DNA from: a virus
IMG/VR virus record: IMGVR_UViG_3300009179_000175
Coordinates: 1-42,758 of that record
Direction: 5' to 3' (one strand)
DNA: 42,758 bases
The position numbers and the translations under genes were made by a program. The notes under the pieces are model-generated. The model was given only the letters and a program-made list of their open reading frames with translations, was not told the DNA's origin and searched no databases. This document shows positions 18,201 to 26,614 of this stretch, piece by piece (the first letter of the stretch is position 1; each line of letters begins with the position of its first letter).

Positions 18201-19487
18201 CTATTTAATCTCTTCAGAGGAGTCGGCTCGAGACTTATCTAAACGGAATTGCACGAAGCGCGGAAGGTACAGCGAATCCGCTCCGCCATCCTTCTTCGTG
18301 ATTCTCGCATTATACAGGACTTCGGCGATTCGGTCTATCGTGTTATCTAAGGTGAGGTAAAGGCGGTGTTCGTCCGAGAAACCACCCCCGACATTGACAG
18401 CCACTTTACCGTCGGATGACTGACATACTAACGCACCCATCTGTCCTTCGTATTTACCCAATCCGGGAACCCATCCCACGACAACGAGATCGGCAGTTTT
18501 CTCCGCTTTGAACTTGCACAAGTTCTTCGAACGCTTTGGCTCCCACTTGCCGGCAAGGTTTTTGGCGATGACGCCCTCCTCGCCTCGAGCCAACGCTTCT
18601 TCGAACAGACGCTCGACATCCGCCAAGGATTCGACCTTAATCGTTTGAATCTGTATGATTTTTTCGACGCCCGCTCGACGCGCACGGTTAAGGGCAAGAT
18701 AGAGGGTTTGCAGGCGTTTCTCGTATGTCAGGGCTTGGGTTTTATCGACGATGTCCCAGGGAGCGAAACGCACCAACGAGCATTCCTTCTCATCGATAGT
18801 GCCGCAGATAGCCTTATAGGTGATACCGTTGCTTTCCTTGCGCGATAGCGGAAGATCGTCCTTACCGTAGCATACCAGCTCACCATCCCAGGTTTCTCCG
18901 AGTCCGATAGTCTGACGGAAATCTTCATACATGGGCTCGAGGCAGGTAATAAGGCTGCCATTACGAGTGCGCATTTCGATACTGCCGTCGAAGTTATGAG
19001 TAACCAGACAGCGCACCCCATCGAACTTCGTCTGTACCACGACATCGGGGAACTTCAAATGCTTGGGTTCCTTACCCGCCAGCATCACATCATAGGTAGG
19101 AATCAGATTCTTCCAAATCTTATTGATAGTAGGAGTTTGCACTCCGCAGCGTAGGTCTCGATCGATGATCAGGCGCAGTACCTGAGCATCATCCTCGGAC
19201 AGGGCAGCCAGAATGTTCAGGTAAAAGTTGATGCCGGCGTTGCCCGTGATCTTGCGGGATGCCAGATTGGCGAGGACTTCATCGATTGCCGTGTCGAGAG
19301 ATAGAGTGCCCGCGTATCCGTTTTGAACGGTCGGGTGAGCGGCGATCCAGTAGGTGATCTCGGGGTTATACGCAGCCCAGAAGACCTTCTTCAGAAGGGG
19401 GTCGTCTTTGTGCTCGGTCAGGACACCTTCTTTGAACTTGCGCGAGTTATCGGAAGCGATGCGTTCTAAAATATCGAGAATGGCCAT
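18201..19487 (-). CDS. ATP-dependent DNA ligase (gp30-like)
   Basis: KFDGVR, DGEL, EGVIAK, KFK, LYLPRF...RLDK; likely start MAILDIL after GAGG. Confidence 0.95.
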   Translation of the reverse strand: MAILDILERIASDNSRKFKEGVLTEHKDDPLLKKVFWAAYNPEITYWIAAHPTVQNGYAGTLSLDTAIDEVLANLASRKITGNAGINFYLNILAALSEDDAQVLRLIIDRDLRCGVQTPTINKIWKNLIPTYDVMLAGKEPKHLKFPDVVVQTKFDGVRCLVTHNFDGSIEMRTRNGSLITCLEPMYEDFRQTIGLGETWDGELVCYGKDDLPLSRKESNGITYKAICGTIDEKECSLVRFAPWDIVDKTQALTYEKRLQTLYLALNRARRAGVEKIIQIQTIKVESLADVERLFEEALARGEEGVIAKNLAGKWEPKRSKNLCKFKAEKTADLVVVGWVPGLGKYEGQMGALVCQSSDGKVAVNVGGGFSDEHRLYLTLDNTIDRIAEVLYNARITKKDGGADSLYLPRFVQFRLDKSRADSSEEIK

Positions 19488-19507
19488 AGTGATCCTCTTA
19501 TTTAATG

Positions 19508-19538
19508 AAAAATGCAACACTCTTTCGAGAGTGTTGCA
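19508..19538 (-). terminator. Rho-independent terminator
   Basis: TGCAACACTCT-cgaa-AGAGTGTTGCA followed by TTTTT on the minus strand. Confidence 0.85.
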
Positions 19539-19552
19539 CTGTTTGAAGTTTG

Positions 19553-19885
19553 TTACGGACGCGGGGTGTGAATGTAGGGATTTCCGGAAGTGGCGTAGAT
19601 TTCCGTGAAACTTTCACGGTCGATTCTGAGCATGTGAGACTTTCCGGAAGTAAGGAAGAAATGTACTTCGAAGTGACAGGAATAGTTAGGCGCAACGATA
19701 ATTGACTGATTGTTGCGCATGGCTTGTGTTACGAAAAAGGCGAAGTGTGGGTGTTGTGAAATTTCGAGAAGGGTTTGAACTTGGAACTTTGAGCGTTTGC
19801 AATTTGCACTGTTGAAAGTTTGGGACTGAGCGTTGACGGTGTTGTTGAACGGGACAGTGATGACAAACTGTTGATTTTTACGCAT
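19553..19885 (-). CDS. Early hypothetical protein
   Basis: Directly behind promoter cassette copy 1 with a GGAG RBS, followed by a terminator. Confidence 0.65.
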   Translation of the reverse strand: MRKNQQFVITVPFNNTVNAQSQTFNSANCKRSKFQVQTLLEISQHPHFAFFVTQAMRNNQSIIVAPNYSCHFEVHFFLTSGKSHMLRIDRESFTEIYATSGNPYIHTPRP

Positions 19886-19982
19886 TTTGGGCTCCAGTTG
19901 GTTTACTTACTTGATGTGCATAGTATAGCAGACCAAGAACTGAAAGTCAAGCCGTTCAGGAAAAATAGTTCCACGAAAATGC
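19886..19982 (-). repeat. Early promoter cassette copy 1 (TTGACT-17-TATACT plus conserved leader and RBS)
   Basis: -35 at 19945-19950, -10 at 19922-19927; leader ATGCACATCAAGTAAGTAAACCAA..GGAGCCC. Confidence 0.9.
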
Positions 19983-19992
19983 TACGGTCCCC

Positions 19993-20955
19993 TCACTTGG
20001 TTTCGACGATCATCATTTCAGACGAAACGTGCGTGGTCGCCTTGCGCTCGGTGGTATTCAGCAGATCATACGCTTTCCAGCGGTCTTCCACGGCAAAGAA
20101 GTCCTTGGGCTTTCTCACCTTCTTCGAAGTGCTCTTCTCCTCGTCGTGATTACGAATCGAGGAACCCTTAACCGCGAGACTCTCACCCGGCTTAGCCACG
20201 AAGCGCAAAAGAGTTCGGTACTTCGTGTTATACAGGATCGCCGCTTTAGCTCCCACGAGACGAGCCGGAGACAGGGAGTCGATGCCCAGTTCCTCATCCC
20301 TCTTCTGATAGGTCATCGTCTTAATCGCTTTGGCTTTATCGGCGTTCAGAGTGGACGCAGTTTCCTTGGGCTTAGCCTTGGGCTTGGCGGGAGCGATTTT
20401 ACTCCTGATACCACCGCAGCGCTCGTAGACGGAAGTGAGCTGCTCCAGGATGGCTTTCTGCTTCTCCACTTGCTCTTGCGCCTCGATAATCTCCTTCTCG
20501 AGCCAGGCTTGCGCCTCGGCAAGCTTCGATTTATCGATAGGGATTTCGACGGGCCTGGGTTCGTTGTCGGACAGGATAGCGTCCACGACATCCTCCATCT
20601 GGAAGATAACCGTGTTCACCTTCTCCACGGGCTTGCGCTTGGGAGCAGCAGTATCGCGTTCCTCGACCTCGGGTAAGGTGGTGGGCATGTTCAAGAAGAA
20701 CTTCACGAGATCGTGCTTCTGCTGGTCGGAAAGAACGAGCCCGTTCTTCATCATGCGACAGACGAACCCGCGGTTAGAGAACTTGTGCTCCTTCTCGTCC
20801 TTCAACCTATCGTATTCATCGGGCAGATGAACCTTAATCCACTCCAGAGCCCACTTCTTGGAGTCCTTGAAATCGAAGTTCTGGCTATAGTGGTTAAGAG
20901 CGGAACCCAGGGTATCGGTACAGCCGGCATCTTTAAAGTTGATCTCTTTTGACAT
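19993..20955 (-). CDS. Lys-rich hypothetical protein
   Basis: 320 aa; ALNHY, LVGAK..ILYNTKYR, L.VKGSSI, SKKVRKP resemble a family I recall from T4-like phages. Confidence 0.7.
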   Translation of the reverse strand: MSKEINFKDAGCTDTLGSALNHYSQNFDFKDSKKWALEWIKVHLPDEYDRLKDEKEHKFSNRGFVCRMMKNGLVLSDQQKHDLVKFFLNMPTTLPEVEERDTAAPKRKPVEKVNTVIFQMEDVVDAILSDNEPRPVEIPIDKSKLAEAQAWLEKEIIEAQEQVEKQKAILEQLTSVYERCGGIRSKIAPAKPKAKPKETASTLNADKAKAIKTMTYQKRDEELGIDSLSPARLVGAKAAILYNTKYRTLLRFVAKPGESLAVKGSSIRNHDEEKSTSKKVRKPKDFFAVEDRWKAYDLLNTTERKATTHVSSEMMIVETK

Positions 20956-20959
20956 GTCA

Positions 20960-21760
20960 TTACATCCCGATTAGGAAGCGGCGAGCTTCGGCAAGTGTAG
21001 TGAACGGAAGTTTTTCTTGGATTTCACCGAACTCGTCGGCTTTATAGAACTGGCGGTTGTTTTCGACAATCACTGCAGCCAGCTTCTGGTCGATGTAGAA
21101 ACGAGTGACCGTGGTATTGCCCTTGTAGGCGTACTTCACATAGAGCGCCCCGGTACGCGGAGCCGCCGGCTTAGTTTCCTCGGGCATAACCTTGGGAGCC
21201 GGAACAGCCTTTATTGCAGCAGTGACGGTCTTGGGAACGGGAGCCGGCGCGGGGGTCTGCACGACAATGGGAAACTCATTGCCGTTGACGAACTGAGTAC
21301 GGAGATCGGCATAAATGCGCTTCCAGAACCAGTCATGCCCGCGCAGTATCTCATTGCGGTCATCGAGACTTTCGATCCCCAGCACGCGCTTGGCACCTAC
21401 TTTGGTACCGCTGTCGAATTGCGCAGCGTGAGCCAGCTCGTGGGCGAGCAGCGACGCCAGAGCCTTTTTCCAGGTTATGTTATACAACCCACCGATGACC
21501 GAGTCGCGGTTGAAGCTCTTGTACTCGGGCTCGTCCATCAGCCCGGAAACGCTTTGGGCAGCAGCGAGGAAACGCTTGGCTACGATGTTGATAAAAGCGC
21601 GCCCTTTGCGTACACCACCGCGCGAAGTACGGCGGTTGAGAGCATAGGTGGTTTGGATCAGCGGAGAGAATTTGGGAGCGTCATACTTCTCGCGGATGTA
21701 CCGCACCATCTGGTCGGCGGTGTTACGGAGGAAAGTGTCGACTTCGAGCTGGGTGACCAT
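20960..21760 (-). CDS. SprT-like zinc metalloprotease
   Basis: LLAHELAH (HExxH) plus downstream GHDWFWK; start MVTQLEV follows the cassette RBS. Confidence 0.75.
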   Translation of the reverse strand: MVTQLEVDTFLRNTADQMVRYIREKYDAPKFSPLIQTTYALNRRTSRGGVRKGRAFINIVAKRFLAAAQSVSGLMDEPEYKSFNRDSVIGGLYNITWKKALASLLAHELAHAAQFDSGTKVGAKRVLGIESLDDRNEILRGHDWFWKRIYADLRTQFVNGNEFPIVVQTPAPAPVPKTVTAAIKAVPAPKVMPEETKPAAPRTGALYVKYAYKGNTTVTRFYIDQKLAAVIVENNRQFYKADEFGEIQEKLPFTTLAEARRFLIGM

Positions 21761-21847
21761 CGCGGGCTCCTGGGTTGGTTTACTTACTGTGCCTATAGTA
21801 TAGCACACGCAATCTGAATGTCAAGCCGTTCAGGAAAAATATTTTCA
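21761..21847 (-). repeat. Early promoter cassette copy 2 (TTGACA-16-TATACT)
   Basis: -35 at 21819-21824, -10 at 21797-21802; shared upstream block ATTTTTCCTGAACGGC. Confidence 0.85.
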
Positions 21848-22177
21848 CTCGCCTGCTACATCGGCTTCCGCCGTTTCCTGGGCCAGCTCGTCCAACAAGT
21901 CCTGTTTGGTGCATTCATCCAAAAGACAGATGATATCTTTCAGAATCTTAATCTTTTTCAGCATGATGTTATCACCGTAGTCGTCACCGTAGTGGCTCCA
22001 GGCGCTGCGGGTCATCTCGATGTCAGCCAGTTCCTCGAGCTTGGCAACCGGAAATTCCATCAGTGTTCGGACCATAGCTTGCATCTCTTGCAGTTTGGCG
22101 ATGTCGGTCGCTTTAACAACCTGGTCCTTCGTGTAATGAAAATTATATTTCGGAGTCATTTTACCACCTCGTCTCAA
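21845..22177 (-). CDS. Early hypothetical protein
   Basis: 110 aa ORF; the start may instead be the ATG of MTPKY after GAGGTGG. Confidence 0.6.
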   Translation of the reverse strand: MRRGGKMTPKYNFHYTKDQVVKATDIAKLQEMQAMVRTLMEFPVAKLEELADIEMTRSAWSHYGDDYGDNIMLKKIKILKDIICLLDECTKQDLLDELAQETAEADVAGE

Positions 22178-22491
22178 TTATTGCTCTGCTTCGCCATAGC
22201 CACTTGGAGTAGCTGCCCGGCGTAAATCGCAATTCGCATCTTACCGGACTTGTCGAGCGCACGCCAGTAGGCGAGCTGCTTGGGAGTCAGGTACTGGTTC
22301 CGAATGTAGAACTTCGCCATCGAAGTCCCCATGCGCGCATGACAAGGACGGAAACCGCGTCCGTTTTGGAACTTCGTCTCCTCGTTCGCTTGCTCGTCCG
22401 CTGTCTGACGTTCGTTCAAAACTATCAGAGCTCGTACCACTGCTTTGTCATTATTCTGTAGCAGTTCGATAATTTGCTCTTTGGTGACCAT
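22174..22491 (-). CDS. Early hypothetical protein
   Basis: Directly behind cassette copy 3; QTADEQ...NGRGF...LTPKQ motifs. Confidence 0.75.
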   Translation of the reverse strand: MVTKEQIIELLQNNDKAVVRALIVLNERQTADEQANEETKFQNGRGFRPCHARMGTSMAKFYIRNQYLTPKQLAYWRALDKSGKMRIAIYAGQLLQVAMAKQSNN

Positions 22492-22588
22492 CTCGGGCTC
22501 CTGGTTGTTTACTTACTTGATGTGCATAGTATAGCAGACCAGGACCCGAATATCAAGCCTTTCAGGAAAAATAGTTCCACGAAAATGC
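22492..22588 (-). repeat. Early promoter cassette copy 3 (TTGATA-17-TATACT)
   Basis: -35 at 22551-22556, -10 at 22528-22533; nearly identical to copy 1. Confidence 0.9.
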
Positions 22589-22592
22589 GACG

Positions 22593-23537
22593 TCAATCCT
22601 TGATGTCGATTTTCACGTTTCCAGGGCGACCGTCGCCCTTGGGTAGTGCTACGCGAGGATGAGCGGTTTTCATGGTGCCGTGCTTGTATTCATTGACATG
22701 ATGTAGACCGGCACTACCGGTTTTCTTGCTGTACGAAGAGAGAATATGAGTCGCGCTTCCTTCACCACCGGTTCCGAACTTGTGATTGCCCGATGCCGCT
22801 TCGTGATGAACATAGTTATTCACCTCGGGGTGATGCTCGTGAATGGCATCGATGTGCTTTTGAGCGGCTTCTTTATGGGTTACCTTCTCGGCGGTGGTCT
22901 TTGCGGTTTTCATCGCAGAAATATGCTCGGCAACCTTATTGGCGTGCTCCTTCATAGAGTCCGCTTGTTCTTTAGTGACTTTGCCCTCTTTAGTCATCGA
23001 ATCGGCAACATGGTGATAGGTTGCTTTCGTCTCTGCCGGTTCAGCCGACATCAGCTGAGAGCCACCACTCTTCTTATAGGAGAGTTTGTGCTCGTTTCCG
23101 ATTTTAATGTCCGCCTTCGAGGTGGCATTCTTGGCACCATGACTACCCCACGAATCCGATACCTTTCCATGAGATGCGCCAGCAACCGAAGCCTCGTGCT
23201 TGTGCTCGACAGCGCCTTTGAAGTCGGGATGAGTGGCTACCGTGTGAATGGTATCCGCTGCATGGTGCATCTCTTTGGTGTAGGCTGCCGGCGAAGAGTT
23301 TTTCTTATCTCCACCCTTAAACCCATCAGAAGGGATGTTTTTATGGTTTAGTGGATGGTTCTCGTCCTTTTGGGCATCATCGATTTCTTTGTGCATCGCC
23401 TCTTTGTCGTGAGCGATACCTTTCTTCACCATGTGATTCCAGGTATGCACGAAAGCGTGCTCGTCGGAATAACCGGAGGCTTTCCCTGCCTCCGTGATGA
23501 GCTCTTCCTCGGACATGAATTGACTGAATTTGATCAT
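22593..23537 (-). CDS. His/Lys-rich candidate internal head protein, possibly nuclease-derived
   Basis: Starts MIKFSQFMSEE; late-type AATAAATA at 23569-23576; SKADI...LSYKK resembles a PD-(D/E)xK core. Confidence 0.6.
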   Translation of the reverse strand: MIKFSQFMSEEELITEAGKASGYSDEHAFVHTWNHMVKKGIAHDKEAMHKEIDDAQKDENHPLNHKNIPSDGFKGGDKKNSSPAAYTKEMHHAADTIHTVATHPDFKGAVEHKHEASVAGASHGKVSDSWGSHGAKNATSKADIKIGNEHKLSYKKSGGSQLMSAEPAETKATYHHVADSMTKEGKVTKEQADSMKEHANKVAEHISAMKTAKTTAEKVTHKEAAQKHIDAIHEHHPEVNNYVHHEAASGNHKFGTGGEGSATHILSSYSKKTGSAGLHHVNEYKHGTMKTAHPRVALPKGDGRPGNVKIDIKD

Positions 23538-23576
23538 TTTGATTCTCCTTGTGGTGTTATTTCTTCCTTATTTATT

Positions 23577-24668
23577 TCACTCATCTTTCGAGAAAGAGGG
23601 GTTATAAACCACTCGGAGCGAGTACGTCTTCAGGTAGTTGCGCTTCCAGAAGTCGATATAGTTGGGCTCCTTCCCGCGCATCTCGCTCATGATCAGAGAG
23701 AACAGATGATTGCCTTTCAAAGCGAGCGCGATGTCCTTGAACGTCTCGCCGATGAACGACTGCGACGCCACGTTGACTTCATTACGAAGCCATTGCAGTT
23801 CGTGCGCGACTTGATTCTCGATAGCCTCGAGCGGAGCGATATCCTTACCTTGCGACGCTACCAGAGACTTCATATCATCGATGGTTTCGTTTACTACCGC
23901 TTCCGCCACATCACGCACTCGCAGCTCGGTCATGGTACGGTGCATGGAAAGGTACCACGCAGTCTTGTACTTGGCACGGCGCCCATCTTTCAGAAGCAGC
24001 ACATAGCCTTCGATCCCCTTGTCGTTCTCGATAGAGCGCTGTATCTCGTCCCAGGTCATCTGGAGACGGGGTATCACCGAACAACCGTGAATTTCCGCGA
24101 TGGCTTGCACGGCTTCGTAAGGAAAATACTCACCGGATACGTTATCACGGATAGCCAGAAGAGTCCAACGAACTCTCGGCGGGTAATCGATAACGATTTT
24201 GTGATCGGGGTGAGTAAACTCCCAGATAGGAGTCGAGTCGTAATAAACCAAGCAATTTCGACTGAGAGCATCGACTCTAAAAGGAATAGAGAGATTCGCA
24301 GTGTTCGCTACATCGCTGAAGAAGGACTTCTTGGTTTTGAAGATGATGTTGCCGTTATCGGTGATGATGGGCGTCAGCATCGACCCGTCGCGCTTTTCGT
24401 AGCATTCCACGAAATCGCGAGATACGGAAACCGGATCAGTATCAGCACGCTCGCCCACATTGAAGAACTTCTTGAACGGGCGAGATACGCACTTGCCGGT
24501 ATCGGTCTCGAAAGTGATACCGCGAGTCTCATCCGCGAGGGGAGTATCCCAGAGTTCCTTGTTACCGATCATATACGCTACGATGGTATAGGACTTACCC
24601 TCGACGATCTCCTCTTTGAACTTGATCATCGGATCGTTACGGAAAGGGTTTAAATCGGACAGAATCAT
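23577..24668 (-). CDS. rnlA: RNA ligase 1 (RnlA/gp63-like)
   Basis: ETRGITF, RPFKKFFNVGE, EKRDGS, EGYVL, KYKTAWY. Confidence 0.9.
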   Translation of the reverse strand: MILSDLNPFRNDPMIKFKEEIVEGKSYTIVAYMIGNKELWDTPLADETRGITFETDTGKCVSRPFKKFFNVGERADTDPVSVSRDFVECYEKRDGSMLTPIITDNGNIIFKTKKSFFSDVANTANLSIPFRVDALSRNCLVYYDSTPIWEFTHPDHKIVIDYPPRVRWTLLAIRDNVSGEYFPYEAVQAIAEIHGCSVIPRLQMTWDEIQRSIENDKGIEGYVLLLKDGRRAKYKTAWYLSMHRTMTELRVRDVAEAVVNETIDDMKSLVASQGKDIAPLEAIENQVAHELQWLRNEVNVASQSFIGETFKDIALALKGNHLFSLIMSEMRGKEPNYIDFWKRNYLKTYSLRVVYNPSFSKDE

Positions 24669-24772
24669 TTGGATTTCTCCGCTTTGGTTTTTTGCTGACG
24701 AAGCAGTTCGTAATAAGTCGGGACCGTACCCTTCGGGCGGCGCTGAGCCGGCGGAATGGGCTGGTTGTTCAT
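24665..24772 (-). CDS. Small hypothetical protein (35 aa, not in the ORF track)
   Basis: MNNQPIPPAQRRPKGTVPTYYELLRQQKTKAEKSK; fills the gap and its stop overlaps the rnlA start. Confidence 0.55.
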   Translation of the reverse strand: MNNQPIPPAQRRPKGTVPTYYELLRQQKTKAEKSK

Positions 24773-24774
24773 CG

Positions 24775-24951
24775 TTAGATTGTCGCGCTGGCGATAAAAT
24801 CTCTCACCCACATCAGTTCTCCGAAAGGTTGCTCTAACTCTTCTTTCAACCAGTATTGGTTGTGGCTCTTGATTCGCCGATACAGGATGGAGTTGCTTAG
24901 CCTAATCCGACGACGATACTTCAATGGAAGATATTCGGACTTCGTATTCAT
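24775..24951 (-). CDS. Small hypothetical protein
   Basis: Likely start MNTKSEY downstream of GGAG. Confidence 0.55.
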   Translation of the reverse strand: MNTKSEYLPLKYRRRIRLSNSILYRRIKSHNQYWLKEELEQPFGELMWVRDFIASATI

Positions 24952-24992
24952 CTCTGCGGACTCCAGGGGGCGCTGCCGCCCCCTCTCATTGA

Positions 24993-25613
24993 TTAGATTT
25001 TCGGGGTCGGGAGGATTTCCTCGGGAACGTGCCAACCCAGTTTGCAATGGCGCGCACCGGGCAGCCAGGTATCGGTTTCCTCATCGAGAATCTCGATGCT
25101 GTCGGTGGACACGAAAATCACTTCATTGGAATCGGTAACGAAGCGAGCGGACATACCACCGTATAACGACGCCCCCACCCAGGTCACCAAACCTTGCTTG
25201 CCCTTCGCTTTACCGCGACGAGTGGTGGAGCGGATAGTCTTGCCCTTCGCAGGGATATACTTCGCTTCCAGCTTGTGGTAAGCAGCCCATGCAGCATCGT
25301 GACGCTTGCACCAGGCATTGTACTTTTCGAGGATCTCAGGAGTCGCATCTATAATGCATCCGCACGCATAAGTCCAGGCGCGAGTGGTCGCATACATGAC
25401 ATGGCGCGGCGCCTGCGTCTCCTCATCCCAGACTACCGCAAAGAAGTCGGAGTCGTCGTAGCCGTTGCGCTCGTATTCGCGAATGACGCGACCCTGGTAC
25501 CGATGTACCATAACCAGGTTACGGCGGTCGGCGCCGTACTGCGTGGTAAGGAGAGAGAAAGCGCCTTCTTCCCAGGTACCGTCGGCATTTTTCTGAGCGA
25601 ATTCCTGCAGCAT
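24993..25613 (-). CDS. Early hypothetical protein
   Basis: Behind cassette copy 4; ERNGYDDSDFFAVVWD..YATTR motif. Confidence 0.75.
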   Translation of the reverse strand: MLQEFAQKNADGTWEEGAFSLLTTQYGADRRNLVMVHRYQGRVIREYERNGYDDSDFFAVVWDEETQAPRHVMYATTRAWTYACGCIIDATPEILEKYNAWCKRHDAAWAAYHKLEAKYIPAKGKTIRSTTRRGKAKGKQGLVTWVGASLYGGMSARFVTDSNEVIFVSTDSIEILDEETDTWLPGARHCKLGWHVPEEILPTPKI

Positions 25614-25620
25614 GTTCTTG

Positions 25621-25713
25621 ACCTCTGATCTTGGTTTGGCTTACTTGATGTGCGTAGTATAGCAGCCGCGAGCGAAAAAGTCAAGCCGTCCAGGAAAAAT
25701 ATTTTCGCTCGCG
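25621..25713 (-). repeat. Early promoter cassette copy 4 (TTGACT-17-TATACT)
   Basis: -35 at 25679-25684, -10 at 25656-25661; a 12-bp inverted repeat (25667-25678/25702-25713) flanks the -35. Confidence 0.85.
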
Positions 25714-25721
25714 TGCGACGT

Positions 25722-25946
25722 CTAATCGATGCGAATAGCCGTTATGATCTGATCGGCACGCTCGCCTTCGGATTCGAAGAGAACGGCGAACTTGGAATAG
25801 GGAGGCGATTCGACGAATAGAGGATAAGTGTAGGACTTACCGTTAGACATCTTCGCCACTTCCTGAAAGAAGAAGGCGATTTTAACGCAATCGATGTGAA
25901 GTGAGGTCAAAACCTCGAGGCGAGGGCTCATCACTGGAATAGCCAT
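25722..25946 (-). CDS. Hypothetical protein
   Basis: 74 aa, coupled to the upstream stop. Confidence 0.6.
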   Translation of the reverse strand: MAIPVMSPRLEVLTSLHIDCVKIAFFFQEVAKMSNGKSYTYPLFVESPPYSKFAVLFESEGERADQIITAIRID

Positions 25947-26131
25947 TATTTTTCGACTCCATGTTCGATCAGTTGCTCATTGATGTATTCGAGGTGAGCC
26001 GCGATAAGCAGCGTACCATCGGGAGCGCGCAAATCGGCATAGATAAAGCAAGACCTGGCGCCTTTACCCTGGCGGATGTTAGTGATGGTGCAACCCTTCG
26101 GGAAACGCGGGATTTCGCATTTGGTACTCAT
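25946..26131 (-). CDS. Hypothetical protein
   Basis: Likely start MSTKCEIP, 1 nt after the upstream stop. Confidence 0.6.
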   Translation of the reverse strand: MSTKCEIPRFPKGCTITNIRQGKGARSCFIYADLRAPDGTLLIAAHLEYINEQLIEHGVEK

Positions 26132-26132
26132 T

Positions 26133-26255
26133 TCATTCACCCTTCGACCACTTCTGACTGTTAGACTTCTGACGCTTGTAGGAGCCCTTACCACGGCCCG
26201 CGCCGACCACGCGCATCTTGAACTTCGGGGTACGAACTTCACGCTTCGGGTTCAT
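26133..26255 (-). CDS. ArfA-like alternative ribosome rescue factor (40 aa, not in the ORF track)
   Basis: MNPKREVRTPKFKMRVVGAGRGKGSYKRQKSNSQKWSKGE matches the ArfA F-x-x-R-V...GKGSY-x-R motif; AAGGTGG upstream. Confidence 0.6.
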   Translation of the reverse strand: MNPKREVRTPKFKMRVVGAGRGKGSYKRQKSNSQKWSKGE

Positions 26256-26286
26256 CGAATACCACCTTGATTGGTAATGAGGTCCT

Positions 26287-26520
26287 TCAGACCTCGATAA
26301 CACGGACCACCTCGAACTCCTCCGCCCGGTACTGCCGGTTCAGGGCCGACTCCTGCTCCATGGAGACCACGAAGTCCACCTCGACCAGCGGGAAGTAAAC
26401 CACCGCGTCAAACAACCGGACGTTCAGCCGGTGAGCTACCGCCTTCGCGACCATCGGATCCGCGTAGCCGGCGAAGTCGCCGTGGACCGGGCTGGATACT
26501 ACGAACTGGGTGCTGGACAT
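26287..26520 (-). CDS. Early hypothetical protein, GC-rich; 4 of its 5 Arg codons are CGG
   Basis: Start MSSTQFV follows the cassette copy 5 RBS. Confidence 0.7.
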   Translation of the reverse strand: MSSTQFVVSSPVHGDFAGYADPMVAKAVAHRLNVRLFDAVVYFPLVEVDFVVSMEQESALNRQYRAEEFEVVRVIEV

Positions 26521-26613
26521 TTTTGGCTCCTGGTTTGGCTTACTTGATGTGCTTAGTATAGCAGACCAGGAGCCCAAAGTCAAGCCGTTCAGAAAAAATA
26601 TTTTCGCTCGAAT
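26521..26613 (-). repeat. Early promoter cassette copy 5 (TTGACT-17-TATACT)
   Basis: -35 at 26578-26583, -10 at 26555-26560. Confidence 0.9.
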
Positions 26614-26614
26614 G

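Noticed and set aside
23355-24653. 432-aa plus-strand ORF and other long antisense ORFs (20029, 21017, 22746, 32832)
   Set aside because: They are antisense shadows of better-supported minus-strand genes and show no recognisable motifs.
19886-26613. Repeats interpreted as a CRISPR array or attC-type integron
   Set aside because: The copies are 0.7-3 kb apart, contain -35/-10 boxes and an RBS, and no cas or integrase gene is in the window.
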